Assembly: GCA_043800705.1 (NCBI GenBank)
Contig: JAZDMS010000029.1
Coordinates: 1 to 54,810 of the forward strand
Reading direction: 5' to 3'
Source: Candidatus Altiarchaeota archaeon
GTDB lineage: Archaea; Altiarchaeota; Altiarchaeia; IMC4; SCGC-AAA252-I15
Length of the DNA: 54,810 bases
The position numbers and the translations under genes are program-made. The stretch's first letter is position 1; each line of letters starts with the position of its first letter. The notes beneath the pieces are model-generated. The model worked only from the letters and a program-made list of their open reading frames with translations. It ran no database searches and was not told the DNA's origin. This document shows, piece by piece, positions 27,518 through 37,769 of this stretch.

Positions 27518-27823
27518 TTACGCCGCCACTGCGAGGGGTATCTGGGTCTGCTTTTCTATATCCCCCATTTTTAGGGCCAGATATATCCAGGTGAGACCGC
27601 CCCGGTTGACGGATGCTAGGGAGGCGTAGTCTATGTTCTCTAGGCTCTTCTTAGGAAGCTTGAATAGCTTGTCGGGGTTGAGTATCTCTACCCCGGTCAC
27701 ATTATTCCTGCTGTCCAAGTCCACTATTATCTCTCCGCCGAGTTCCACGCTGGCATGGGTTCTGCGGCCGGTGAAGATGGCCAGCGAATCAGTGTCTTTG
27801 TCGTAGATGTATTGGGCTTTCAT
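27518..27823 (-). CDS. DUF2283-family putative antitoxin
   Basis: YDKDTDSLAI...IIVDLDSRNNVTGVEILN. Confidence 0.8.
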   Translation of the reverse strand: MKAQYIYDKDTDSLAIFTGRRTHASVELGGEIIVDLDSRNNVTGVEILNPDKLFKLPKKSLENIDYASLASVNRGGLTWIYLALKMGDIEKQTQIPLAVAA

Positions 27824-28173
27824 CGCATCAGCCTGGATTTTAACGGTTTGACTAGTTTGTCCGCTTTGCTCGTCATATAATGTGCGGTCACGATATATAA
27901 CCGTTTTTTCAGGGTTTTATGGGTCGCTACGACCTTCAATCGCCTTCTTGGAGTTATTTGGAAGTATAGGCGATAGGTTTCATCATGTGCCCTGCGGCTC
28001 TCTTGTGCTTCGACCCGCACGAGACGGTCAGGCGAGTATAGGTTGTCGTATACCTCAGCCGTCTGCACCCGATGGGCATCCTGAATTTTCTTGACAATGT
28101 CGCCAGACGCTTTTATCTGAGTTCGTTTTAGTCCGCGCAGTAGGGCCTTGACATGTTCTATTGAGGTGTTCAT
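27820..28173 (-). CDS. Putative RelE/BrnT-fold toxin (DUF4258-like), partner of DUF2283
   Basis: Small basic protein ending LKVVA...LYIVTAH; overlaps the DUF2283 gene by 4 nt. Confidence 0.6.
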   Translation of the reverse strand: MNTSIEHVKALLRGLKRTQIKASGDIVKKIQDAHRVQTAEVYDNLYSPDRLVRVEAQESRRAHDETYRLYFQITPRRRLKVVATHKTLKKRLYIVTAHYMTSKADKLVKPLKSRLMR

Positions 28174-28251
28174 GTTCTGCCTAAAACGCGAAGTCTTTCG
28201 TAGTCTTATTCGGACACAGCCGATAAATAGGGATTAGCTGTAGTATTTACC

Positions 28252-29196
28252 ATGAAGTTCATCCTCCAGCTCTCCGGCGAGCATCCGACCCTCCCGTTGG
28301 CGGAGCTGAAGGCCGTCCTCGACGGGCAGATGCTGGAATACGACGTGAGGACCGAGGGGAGGCTGGCGTTCGTGAAGACCGTCGACGAGGGGGCGGAGTT
28401 CGTATCCAGGCTCGCCTACACTCTATCCGCGGCTGAGGAGGTGAGCGTGGCCAGGGGCGTCGACGGCCTTGCTGCGGACATCTATGACAGCATCTGCGAG
28501 GCGCCGACGTTCAGGGTTACCGGCTCCCAGAAGGTGCAGAAGAGGCTCGGAGACCTCCTGACGAAGTTCGGCATGGTTGTGGACCTGAAGAATCCCGCAG
28601 CGGAAGTCCTCGTCTACGAGACCGGGGGAGGATACGTCGCAGGGCTCAGGATCAAGGCCGAGAGGGGCTACCAGCTGAGGAGGGCGCAGTATCGGCCGTA
28701 TTTTCACCCGACGAGCATGCACCCGAAGCTCGCCAGGGCTCTTGTCAACCTGTCGAGGGTCTCCTCCGATGACACGGTGCTGGACCCGTTCTGCGGGACG
28801 GGGGGGGTCCTCATCGAGGCCGGCCTCATGGGCATCGGCCTCTGCGGCTGGGACATCGATCCGAAGATGGTGGAAGGCTGCAGGCAGAATCTGGGGGAGT
28901 TCGGCCTCGCGGGGGAGGTATCCGTCAATGATGCGCTCAAGGGGAGGGGTTCGGCGGACGCGATTGCGACCGACCCGCCGTACGGGAGGTCGTCCTACTC
29001 CAGCGAGGATCCAGGGCGATTGTACGGAAAATTCCTGTCAAACGCGAGGGCGATATTGGACGGGGGGTGCTTCATGGCTCTTATGGCCCCGTCAGACAGG
29101 GAGATATCTTCCGGGGGGTTCAAGGCCGTTGAAACATTCGACGTCTACATCCACAAGAGCCTCACCCGCAGGATATGGGTGCTGGAGGCTATTTGA
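28252..29196 (+). CDS. trm11: tRNA (guanine10-N2) methyltransferase, Trm11/TrmG10
   Basis: LSGEHPTLPLAE, RPYFHPTSMHPKLARALVNL, LDPFCGTGG, TDPPYGRS, HKSLTRRI. Confidence 0.88.
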   Translation: MKFILQLSGEHPTLPLAELKAVLDGQMLEYDVRTEGRLAFVKTVDEGAEFVSRLAYTLSAAEEVSVARGVDGLAADIYDSICEAPTFRVTGSQKVQKRLGDLLTKFGMVVDLKNPAAEVLVYETGGGYVAGLRIKAERGYQLRRAQYRPYFHPTSMHPKLARALVNLSRVSSDDTVLDPFCGTGGVLIEAGLMGIGLCGWDIDPKMVEGCRQNLGEFGLAGEVSVNDALKGRGSADAIATDPPYGRSSYSSEDPGRLYGKFLSNARAILDGGCFMALMAPSDREISSGGFKAVETFDVYIHKSLTRRIWVLEAI

Positions 29197-30565
29197 TCAG
29201 CTTGAACTCTCCCGCAGGGGGCATCTTGCGCGGAGGCTTCGGAGGGGTTTTTTCCGCCGCGTCCTTGGCGGCTTCGTCCCTGAACTTCGGGGTGACGAGC
29301 ATCTCGTACTTTGAGACCTTCCCCTCCTTGTCCAGGTATTTAGCCCTGAAATACGGCATGAATAGGACCCCTTCCGGCCTCACCTTCCCCTTCATGACGC
29401 TCTTGAGTATCTTCGAGACGTCGTTGGACGAGTAGTTGAGGGCGTCGATCGACGCGTCGGTCCTGAGGCCGCGGGTCGTCTCCAGGTATTTCCAGATGTC
29501 GTAGATCCCTCCGAAGACGTGGGGCATGTTGACGACCGCCATCACCTTCTTCTTCGGCTTCACCTCCTCCGTCTTCTTTTCCGTACCTTCCCCCCAGCTG
29601 CTGAGCCCGTAGAGTATCTCGTCGACTATCATGTTTATGGTCTCGACCAGCCCTTCGAGGAACATCTGCACGTATTCGGTGAAATCCCCCTTCTTCATCC
29701 GGTTGCCCTCGTATGTGTCTATCACCTTCCTGTTCTTCAGTATGGACAGGTCCATCCCCTGGAGGTCTTCGATCGGCAGGTCGCCGTAGTCCAGGAGGTT
29801 GAGGAGGTACTGCTTCGACTCCTCCGGCAGGCCGAATATCTTCTTTATTATGTCCGAACGCAGGAGTAGCCGTTCCGTCGCGTTCTTCTTCCGCTTCTGT
29901 ATCATGTAGTACAGGTCGAGGTTGTTGAGGTTCACGAACAGGTAGTCCTTCTTCTCGACGCTGCGGATGGTCTGGTCCTCGGTCCACACATCCTTCTGGC
30001 TGATGACCTTGAGGACCGTGAGGGGGCAGTATCGGACCTCCAGGTTCGCGACCTTCTCGGAGCCCTTCTTCGCCAGGGTCTCGAAATATTCCCTGGCCTG
30101 GGGGTCTGTCTTCGAGCTCGCGAAGGACTGTTCGATCCCCTGGAAATGCTGCTCCCCCATTCCGAACCTGTCCAGGGACTCCATGAGGCTGCGGTCCGTG
30201 ATGAGGCCCCGCTTCTCTATCGAGTCCATCAGCTGGTACTTGTTGATGAGGCTGATGGGCTTGTCTTTGGCGATTTCGACCGCGTCGTCGGAGAAGCCGG
30301 AGGTCGTTATGTAGGCCGCCCTGACGGCCCCGGTCTCGCCCATCGTCCCGTTGAGGTCTTCTATGTCGTTGGCGTTGACCTGGCGCGAGTAGACGGATGC
30401 CCTGATGAGGGAGGTGACCTTCCCGCCCATGGGGCTCGCTGTCCGGGCCTTGAAGTCTATGCTGCCGTCTTCCAGGACCTTGACGGACTCTATCTCGAAG
30501 CCCATCTTCTCTATGAACTTGCCTATCACCGCCTGGAACTCCAGGCTGCCCTGGTAGTCAGTCAT
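29189..30565 (-). CDS. Protein with N-terminal Mrr-like restriction endonuclease domain (degenerate)
   Basis: FIEKMGF...SIDFKA...YITTSGFSDDAVEIA..PISLIN. Confidence 0.7.
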   Translation of the reverse strand: MTDYQGSLEFQAVIGKFIEKMGFEIESVKVLEDGSIDFKARTASPMGGKVTSLIRASVYSRQVNANDIEDLNGTMGETGAVRAAYITTSGFSDDAVEIAKDKPISLINKYQLMDSIEKRGLITDRSLMESLDRFGMGEQHFQGIEQSFASSKTDPQAREYFETLAKKGSEKVANLEVRYCPLTVLKVISQKDVWTEDQTIRSVEKKDYLFVNLNNLDLYYMIQKRKKNATERLLLRSDIIKKIFGLPEESKQYLLNLLDYGDLPIEDLQGMDLSILKNRKVIDTYEGNRMKKGDFTEYVQMFLEGLVETINMIVDEILYGLSSWGEGTEKKTEEVKPKKKVMAVVNMPHVFGGIYDIWKYLETTRGLRTDASIDALNYSSNDVSKILKSVMKGKVRPEGVLFMPYFRAKYLDKEGKVSKYEMLVTPKFRDEAAKDAAEKTPPKPPRKMPPAGEFKLIK

Positions 30566-30669
30566 TTTTGATGCGCAGGGGGGCTGCGGAAGGTCTGATC
30601 TGCCCCGCCATCCGCCCGCACCTCCGCTCGTTCTTTTCCGGCATTTTTTGGTTCGTGCCCGCAGGCATT

Positions 30670-31785
30670 CTAGTTCTTCGGTTTGACTGAGTCGTATGCG
30701 AGGGTCCGCATGGTCCCGTCGGCGCTGGCGTATCTGCAGGTGTAGTATGGCATGTATGTGACGCCCTTGAATTCCCCTTCCGCCTGGAGGAGCCCCGACA
30801 GGAGATGGAGGACCGCAGTGGGAGCGTATGCGACCGCATCGACCGGGTTGCGGCTTTCGACGGATGGCTCTTCGGCGAGGAACCGGCCCAGGTCGTAGCG
30901 TTCGTCCCTGAATGGCTTGAGGTTCACATTGGACAGGATCGATCCGCCGTCCCTGCTCATGCCGATCAGCCCCCGGTTCTGGAGCGTGAGGACGTTATTG
31001 TAGTTTTCCTGGAGGAATCCGTGGTATTTCGGATCGAGGCGTGAAAGGTTCAGCTCCTGCCATTCCACGGCGTCGGAGAGTATCCGCAGGGAGTTCTGGT
31101 TAAGGTCCATGATCCGGTGCAGGAGCTCGTAGAATCGGAGGTTGACCTCGTTGCCCCTTATGCCGCGGTATATGTAGTAGAGGTTGCATGAGCTCAGGTT
31201 GACGAAGAACCTGTTCGATGCGCCCCCGGCGCGCCCGAGCGCGAAGCACCCGACCGGGGCGAACCTCCCCTCGATGGAGTCGATCCTCTCATCCCTGCCG
31301 ATGAGGCCCATTATCGGCCTGTGCCGCTCTTTTTCAAAGAAGGCTTTTGCGGCGGCATCGTCCATCGATGAGGCAAAGACCCGTTCGAAGATGTTGCGGC
31401 TGTCGGTTTTTTGGCCTTGCGCCCAGATCGCGGACGCCTCGGCGGACTGCCCCGGGGCTATCAGGGTCATGTCGTGTGCGAGGCCATACTCCGAAGCCTC
31501 CAGAGTATATCCCGAAGTCGAAAGGAAAATGCCGCGACTGAAACCCCCCGCAGCCATCTCCCTGCCCAGGCCCATGAGCGGGTGGACTCCGACCTTCCGC
31601 GTGTGCTTGAGCGCGATCAAGAGGACTCCCTCGCCCGTGCCGCCTCTGGCGGCCACCCTGATGCTGTGCGGGCCTTCCATCGTGACAGTCGACGCGGTGA
31701 GGCCGATCTTCGGAAGGTAGCCGAGCACATATCCGCGAAAGTCGCCGTAGGGCTCGCCCGGGCGCTCATCAGAGGGCTTTTTCAT
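30670..31785 (-). CDS. Paralogous Mrr-like domain protein (degenerate)
   Basis: RKVGV...GIFLSTSGYTLEA. Shares FVNL..LYY and GV..MPY...Y blocks with the downstream gene. Confidence 0.65.
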   Translation of the reverse strand: MKKPSDERPGEPYGDFRGYVLGYLPKIGLTASTVTMEGPHSIRVAARGGTGEGVLLIALKHTRKVGVHPLMGLGREMAAGGFSRGIFLSTSGYTLEASEYGLAHDMTLIAPGQSAEASAIWAQGQKTDSRNIFERVFASSMDDAAAKAFFEKERHRPIMGLIGRDERIDSIEGRFAPVGCFALGRAGGASNRFFVNLSSCNLYYIYRGIRGNEVNLRFYELLHRIMDLNQNSLRILSDAVEWQELNLSRLDPKYHGFLQENYNNVLTLQNRGLIGMSRDGGSILSNVNLKPFRDERYDLGRFLAEEPSVESRNPVDAVAYAPTAVLHLLSGLLQAEGEFKGVTYMPYYTCRYASADGTMRTLAYDSVKPKN

Positions 31786-31853
31786 GTGTTTGAGGTGGAA
31801 TTTTGGGTTGAGTAAGTATATATTTTGCTTAGCCGTATATATGAGGGATTAGG

Positions 31854-33551
31854 ATGAAAGGAGCTGAAGCGATCATAAAATCCCTCCAGGCGGAGGGGGT
31901 AAAGCACCTGTTCGGGATACTCGGCGGCCAGATATTGGACGTCTACGACGAGTTCGCGAGGACCGACCCGAAGGACCTCAGGCACATACTCGTCAGGCAC
32001 GAGCAGGTCGCAGCCCACGCGGCAGAGGGGTACGCCAGGGCATCGGGCAAAGTCGGAGTCTGCATCGCAACCTCGGGCCCGGGGGCCACCAACCTCGTGA
32101 CCGGGATCGCCGACGCCTACATGGACTCGGTCCCCATTGTCGCGTTGACGGGGCAGGTGCCGACGTCCCTCATCGGCAACGACGCGTTCCAGGAGGCGGA
32201 CATCGTCGGGATAACGATGCCGATCACGAAGCACAACTTCCAGCTCACGAGGTGTGAGGACATACCGAGGACCTTCAAGGCGGCGTTCAAGATAGCCTCG
32301 ACTAGGCGGCCGGGGCCGGTCCTCATAGACCTGCCAAGGGACGTCCAGCAGGGGAGGATAGAGAAGTTCAGCTACCCAAAGGACGTCGACCTGCCGGGCT
32401 ACAAGACCGACGTCGGCGGAGGGCATCCGGTCCAGCTGAAGAAGGCGGCGCAGATGCTGCTGGCAGCCGAGCGCCCGGTCATAATTTCCGGCGGCGGAGT
32501 GATAACCTCCAACGCCAGCGTGGAGCTTCGCAGGGTCGCGGACTCCCTCATGATACCGGTGGCGACGACGCTGATGGGCAAAGGCGGCTACCCGGAGGGG
32601 ACGCCGCTGTCCCTTGGGATGGTGGGGATGCACGGACGCAAGACCGCGAACCTGTTGGTCACCGAATCCGACCTCCTTTTCGCCGTAGGATGCAGGTTCT
32701 CCGACAGGATAACAGGAGATATCAAGACGTTCGCCCCGCATGCGAAGATCGTCCACATAGACATCGACTCCGCCGAGATAGGGAAGAACGTCAGAGTCGA
32801 CCTGCCCATCGTCGGCGACGCCAAACTCGTCCTCAGGAACCTTCTTAAGATACTCGACGCCAAGAAGGCCAAGGGCGGGACGGCATGGCACGCCAAACTG
32901 GAGAAGTACAAGAAGGAGTTCGGCCCCTGCTGGGACCACGAATGCACCCCCATAAAGCAGCAGCGCGTCATGAAGGAACTCGACTCCCTCATAGACGACA
33001 GGACGATAGTCACCACGGAAGTAGGCCAGTGCCAGATGTGGGCGGCGCACTTCCTCAACATCAAGAACCCGAGGCAGTTCATCAGCTCAGGAGGCCTGGG
33101 GACGATGGGGTTCGGCTTCCCGGCGGCCATCGGCGCCAAGGTCGCGATGCCGGGGCACAAGGTCATCGACGTCGGCAGCGAAGGCAGCTTCTTGATGACA
33201 TGCCAGGACCTGGCCACATGCAAGGAGGAGGAGATACCAGTCACCGTCCTGCTTCTGAAGAACGGCTGGCTCGGCATGGTCAAACAGTGGCAGGAGCTCT
33301 TCTTTGACAAACGCCACAGCCACACCCGCCTAGGCGACACACCAGACTTCGTCAAGCTCGCAGACGCGTTCGGAGCCAAAGGCATCAGGATCGAGAGGCC
33401 CGGAGAGATAAGGGAGGGCCTGAAGACCGCGCTGGAAAGCGGAGAGACACATGTCCTTGACGTCCTCGTCGACCCCCGGGAACACGTCCTGCCGATGGTC
33501 CCCCCAAGGGGCCAGCTGGACAGAATGATAGAGAAGCACCACATAAAATAG
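31854..33551 (+). CDS. ilvB: Acetolactate synthase large subunit
   Basis: RHEQVAAHAAEGYAR, TSGPGATN, FQEAD, SSGGLGTMGFGFPAAIG, GMVKQWQ. Confidence 0.95.
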   Translation: MKGAEAIIKSLQAEGVKHLFGILGGQILDVYDEFARTDPKDLRHILVRHEQVAAHAAEGYARASGKVGVCIATSGPGATNLVTGIADAYMDSVPIVALTGQVPTSLIGNDAFQEADIVGITMPITKHNFQLTRCEDIPRTFKAAFKIASTRRPGPVLIDLPRDVQQGRIEKFSYPKDVDLPGYKTDVGGGHPVQLKKAAQMLLAAERPVIISGGGVITSNASVELRRVADSLMIPVATTLMGKGGYPEGTPLSLGMVGMHGRKTANLLVTESDLLFAVGCRFSDRITGDIKTFAPHAKIVHIDIDSAEIGKNVRVDLPIVGDAKLVLRNLLKILDAKKAKGGTAWHAKLEKYKKEFGPCWDHECTPIKQQRVMKELDSLIDDRTIVTTEVGQCQMWAAHFLNIKNPRQFISSGGLGTMGFGFPAAIGAKVAMPGHKVIDVGSEGSFLMTCQDLATCKEEEIPVTVLLLKNGWLGMVKQWQELFFDKRHSHTRLGDTPDFVKLADAFGAKGIRIERPGEIREGLKTALESGETHVLDVLVDPREHVLPMVPPRGQLDRMIEKHHIK

Positions 33552-33602
33552 CCGAAGCGGCGATTCTGGCGCATATATTAATGTCCTGCCCAATTCATCT
33601 TT

Positions 33603-36140
33603 ATGCCCAATGGCGGGAATGAAATCATCAACCTCAGACAGATTCCTCTAACCCAGGCAGGGCAGCTTGTGGAAGCGGTCGGCCGCATACAGCTTCGAGA
33701 CACTTTTGACGGCGTGTTCGGAAAGATGCCCGCTAGCGGTGAGCCTGAACGCGACCTGAATCGCAGGATCCGCGGCATTGTGGCGTACAGGTTCATAAAA
33801 GATAAGATCAACGTCCGGAGCGTGATGGAAAACTGGGATCATATAGTTGATCCCGGAAACCCGGAACACTCCGACGACCCGACTGAGGCATTCAGGCGGC
33901 ATGAAATGGCAGCCTATAGGACGAACCTGGAAAGCATGATAGACGCAAAGCTCACGACGAGGGAACGGTTCTTCCACATCCTCAAGTACAGGCTCAACGG
34001 CGCCGTAGGAGTCGAGGAGGAGGAGACCGTACGCAGGCTTAGGGTTGACGAGACGCATGATGTCCTCAAGCTGTTCGACAGAACCATCAGGGAGATAAAC
34101 GGCGAGGCCGCTCCGGAAAACGTCCTCGTCCTGGAGAATAGGCTAATCAACGAGGCCGGCAGGGAAAGACTGGTCGAATCCCTCCCGCAGCCGCACACGG
34201 TCGAATTCGGCAGATGCTGGTGGTACGAGTCGGACGTGCCCGTCCCCGACAAGAGCACGCGAATCGACTCGAAAAAACAAGAAGACGAGATAAAAGCCCT
34301 GGAAGCCTTGAGGGCTCGCATAAAAAAGGAGAATGATTTCATACGGGAGCACAAAGACCAGCTGATTTCGAGATACATCGATGGTTTGAGGAGGAAGCGC
34401 CCTCTGACACCCGCCGATGAGGAGATTTTAAGGGCCGCCAGGGGGAACGAGCTTGATGTCAAGAGGGACATGCTGACGAAGATAATCGAGCCAGGAGACA
34501 GGGGAATCATCGATGTCGCGATAGGCCTCGTGACTTCGAACAGGGTATTCGCGATGTGGGCTCTGGAATGTGCTAAAGACAACATAATCGAGGCGATCGA
34601 TAGGCAGATGAAAGAGGACTTTCTCATGGAGGCATTACTAGCCCCCCAGAAGGCCGACTACGCCGAGGCCGGCGCGCACGCTATGATACTGCTGTCCGGC
34701 AAAAAGCCGGAGAAACTCGCAAAGGAGGCTGTGGAGCACATGCTTGATGAGACTGCCGTTTTTTCGCCGTCGGCACTGTCGATAGACACCGCCACATTGT
34801 TCGCGGAGGCGGAACATATAGTAGGAACCGCAGTCGGGGACAAGGCGGGCCTCGGGCGCCACAAAGGCACCATATACAAGGAGCGCTCGCGCATGCTCCT
34901 TTATATAAAAGGTTTGGGCAATCTGCCCGTCGAATCTGGAGACCACGTAATATTGGACACCTTCACGCCGGAAAGCCCCCTTGCCATCCTGAACCCCACG
35001 GAAGAGACGAAGGAGCGCTATCTGGCCCTGAGGGAATCCGCAAGAAGGCTCGAGACCATCAAGAGGGAAGAAGTACCGCTGGACGCGGAAACGCCCCTGA
35101 AGGGCGGATCCACCCGTTCGGTGGTCGTTCAATTGGCGGGGAACATATCGCGCCAGGAAGAGGCTAGCGCCGTGATCGAGCTCGGTGCGAAAGGGTGCGG
35201 CCTCGTGAGAAGCGAGGAGTGTGTTCTCGCACTCAAGGCGATGCCCTCCGAGGACAGGCTTGAAAGGTCACTGTATGATAGATACAGGAGCATAGGAAGG
35301 AGGATGGAGGCTGATGCGATTCCGGGGAAAGAAGGCTTCCCAATCATTTTACGGGCATTGGACTTGGGGGGGGACAAGGTATCCGCCGCGACGGATGAGC
35401 TCTTTGAGGGCAGGAATCCGCTCCTATTCCGCGGCATGGACGTCCTGCTAGCCAACCCTAAAACCTTCAAGGCGAACATCAGGGCGTTCCTCAGGGCGAA
35501 GATGGATGCGCCATCGCTCGAATTCATGGTGCCGATGGCGACCAGCGTGGAGCAGTTGGACAGGATACAGCCGATCTGGGCGGAGGCGACTGCGGAGCTC
35601 GCGGCAAGAAAGACGAGGTTCGCCTTGACGTCCAAGATGGGAGCGATGATAGAGACCGTCAGCGCCTGCATGATGGTCAGGGAGTTCGTCGAGCACGGGG
35701 CATGGTTCCTGAGTGTGGGCACGAACGACCTCACATGCTCAAGGCTCAACCTGCTCCCAGAGCAGTTCAAGGCTGGATACCACGACCACGACCCCGCAGT
35801 CCTGAGTCTACTCAAGAGGGTAATTGACACCTGTCCCGAAGATTTCAGGTCTGTCGATCCCAGGACCGAGAAGATCATGCCCCTCGAGGTCTGCGGAGAC
35901 ATGGCAGGCACGGTAACGGGGGCGATACTGCTTGTCGGGATGGGCTACCGCAAACTCAGCATGGTGGCGAACGAGATCCCGCTTGTGAAGAGGATAATCA
36001 GGGACACCCCTATCGAGGTCATGGAGGGCATAGCTGCCGAAGCGCTGGAAAAAGACACGCCAGATGAGGTCCTAACCCTCGTTAGAAAAAAGATGCTAGA
36101 GGCCGGCATAGACGTCACGAGCGAAAAATACACCCTATAG
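33603..36140 (+). CDS. PTS enzyme I-like PEP-utilizing protein with long N-terminal extension
   Basis: GCGLVRSEE, ILRALDLGGDK, NPLLFRG, MVPMA, GAMIET, SVGTNDLT, VCGDMAG; putative phospho-His in GLGRHKGT. Confidence 0.8.
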   Translation: MPNGGNEIINLRQIPLTQAGQLVEAVGRIQLRDTFDGVFGKMPASGEPERDLNRRIRGIVAYRFIKDKINVRSVMENWDHIVDPGNPEHSDDPTEAFRRHEMAAYRTNLESMIDAKLTTRERFFHILKYRLNGAVGVEEEETVRRLRVDETHDVLKLFDRTIREINGEAAPENVLVLENRLINEAGRERLVESLPQPHTVEFGRCWWYESDVPVPDKSTRIDSKKQEDEIKALEALRARIKKENDFIREHKDQLISRYIDGLRRKRPLTPADEEILRAARGNELDVKRDMLTKIIEPGDRGIIDVAIGLVTSNRVFAMWALECAKDNIIEAIDRQMKEDFLMEALLAPQKADYAEAGAHAMILLSGKKPEKLAKEAVEHMLDETAVFSPSALSIDTATLFAEAEHIVGTAVGDKAGLGRHKGTIYKERSRMLLYIKGLGNLPVESGDHVILDTFTPESPLAILNPTEETKERYLALRESARRLETIKREEVPLDAETPLKGGSTRSVVVQLAGNISRQEEASAVIELGAKGCGLVRSEECVLALKAMPSEDRLERSLYDRYRSIGRRMEADAIPGKEGFPIILRALDLGGDKVSAATDELFEGRNPLLFRGMDVLLANPKTFKANIRAFLRAKMDAPSLEFMVPMATSVEQLDRIQPIWAEATAELAARKTRFALTSKMGAMIETVSACMMVREFVEHGAWFLSVGTNDLTCSRLNLLPEQFKAGYHDHDPAVLSLLKRVIDTCPEDFRSVDPRTEKIMPLEVCGDMAGTVTGAILLVGMGYRKLSMVANEIPLVKRIIRDTPIEVMEGIAAEALEKDTPDEVLTLVRKKMLEAGIDVTSEKYTL

Positions 36141-36917
36141 TCAGCCCCTGACCACGACACCGCTCTTCCTGAGGTATTCCTTCACCTCAGGTATTGGGTG
36201 TTCGCCGTAGTGGAATATGCTCGCAGCCAGGGCCGCGTCGGCTTTGCCTTTCGTGAATGCCTCCAGTATGTGTTTCGGCTCACCGACGCCCCCTGATGCG
36301 ATGACCGGGATGGTGAGGGCCTCGGATATGAGCCTTGTGAGCTCTAGGTCGTAGCCGGTCTTGACGCCGTCGCGGTCCATGCTGGTGAGCATTATCTCCC
36401 CGGCCCCTAGCACCTCCGCCTTCTTCGCCCATTCGAGGGTGTCTACGCCGGTCATCTGGCGGCCCCCGTATATGCTGCATTCGTGGCCGCTTCGCGTGTT
36501 CTTCGACCGTTTGCTGTCGATGGCGACGACGATGCATTGGTTGCCGAACTTCCCGGCCGCCTCCTTCACGAACGGGGGGTTCTTTATCGCGGCCGTGTTG
36601 ATGCTGACCTTGTCGGCGCCGGCCTTCAGCATCCTCTGGATGTCGTCGTTGGTCCTTATCCCGCCCCCGACGGTGAGGGGTATGAACACCTCCTCGGATG
36701 TCTTCTCTATGACGTGTACCATGGTGCCCCGGCGCTCATGGGAGGCTGTGATGTCCAGGAATATTATCTCGTCCGCGCCCTCCCCGGAGTACTTGGCCGC
36801 GAGTTCGGCGGGCTGCCCCGCATAGCGTATCTGTTCGAACTTCACGCCCTTCACGACCCTGCCTTCCGGGACCGCCAGGTCGCAGTCGAGGCAGGGGATA
36901 ATCCGCTTCGCGAGCAT
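36141..36917 (-). CDS. hisF: Imidazole glycerol phosphate synthase cyclase subunit
   Basis: [42 protein letters not shown]. Confidence 0.96.
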   Translation of the reverse strand: MLAKRIIPCLDCDLAVPEGRVVKGVKFEQIRYAGQPAELAAKYSGEGADEIIFLDITASHERRGTMVHVIEKTSEEVFIPLTVGGGIRTNDDIQRMLKAGADKVSINTAAIKNPPFVKEAAGKFGNQCIVVAIDSKRSKNTRSGHECSIYGGRQMTGVDTLEWAKKAEVLGAGEIMLTSMDRDGVKTGYDLELTRLISEALTIPVIASGGVGEPKHILEAFTKGKADAALAASIFHYGEHPIPEVKEYLRKSGVVVRG

Positions 36918-36952
36918 TGTGAGTATGATAAGAGAATATGTTAAGAAAAACG

Positions 36953-37372
36953 TCAAATCTTCCAGATCTTTAGGAATTCATGCGGCGTGATTATCCTGAT
37001 CCCTTCGAATCCCCCGAGAGCCAGGAGGTGTTTGTCGCTTGATATGAGGTAATCCGCCTTGCCCGCTTTGGCGCATTCCAGTATTTTATCGTCCCCCGCA
37101 TCCGCTTTGACGACTTTTAGCCTCAATTTCGGCTCTACGATAATCGACTTTGACACCACCTTATGAGAGACATCCGATAAGGTCAGATCCTTAGCCGCTA
37201 TTTTCTCGATTATTTCTTGGCTAGCTAGAACCAGGTTGTATTCTGCTATTATGTCCTTTGAGAGAATGCATTGGATTTGATTTTTGTCAATAAGACCCAT
37301 TATCCTGAAGGAGTCGCCTGTCCAGAAAGTCCCGGATATCAGGACGTTTGTGTCTAGGGTGACTTTGATCAT
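36953..37372 (-). CDS. PIN-domain toxin (VapC-like)
   Basis: [28 protein letters not shown]. Confidence 0.9.
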   Translation of the reverse strand: MIKVTLDTNVLISGTFWTGDSFRIMGLIDKNQIQCILSKDIIAEYNLVLASQEIIEKIAAKDLTLSDVSHKVVSKSIIVEPKLRLKVVKADAGDDKILECAKAGKADYLISSDKHLLALGGFEGIRIITPHEFLKIWKI

Positions 37373-37626
37373 CTTATGGATTTCCGGATCTTATGCACCA
37401 GGCCCACGACTTCGTCTTCCGTTATCTTTTTCTTCGAATCCCTCAAAGGCTTCGTTAAATCGGCAAAGGATGCGGCAGTGACCTTTTTCATCATCACCGC
37501 ATCGTCCTTCATGATAAAAAGGACTTTTGAACCCTCCGTAAGCCCAAGACCCCGGCGGATGTCTGACGGAATGGCTATCTGTCCCCGAGAACTCACACGG
37601 CCCATCTCGATTATGTTCGCATCCAT
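37369..37626 (-). CDS. AbrB/MazE/SpoVT-family antitoxin
   Basis: VSSRGQIAIPSDIRRGLGLTEG. Confidence 0.9.
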   Translation of the reverse strand: MDANIIEMGRVSSRGQIAIPSDIRRGLGLTEGSKVLFIMKDDAVMMKKVTAASFADLTKPLRDSKKKITEDEVVGLVHKIRKSIR

Positions 37627-37640
37627 AGAAAACCCTCCCT

Positions 37641-37667
37641 TACAAGATAAATAAGACATATCTTGTA
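37641..37667. promoter_or_regulatory. Perfect 9-bp inverted repeat, probable TA autoregulatory operator
   Basis: TACAAGATA-N9-TATCTTGTA between the TATA-like box and the AbrB start. Confidence 0.6.
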
Positions 37668-37769
37668 TATAAGTGTTTTTGAGCGTATCATCCCCAGGGG
37701 TATCAGACAGCTAGTGCTTGTTGAGCGGGTTTGGGATGATATTTATTGTCGACGAACAATGACTTGAAC

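Noticed and set aside
27518-27594. 101-aa ORF 27289-27594 as a functional protein
   Set aside because: It is a truncated trm11 fragment reading through into the antisense of the DUF2283 gene.
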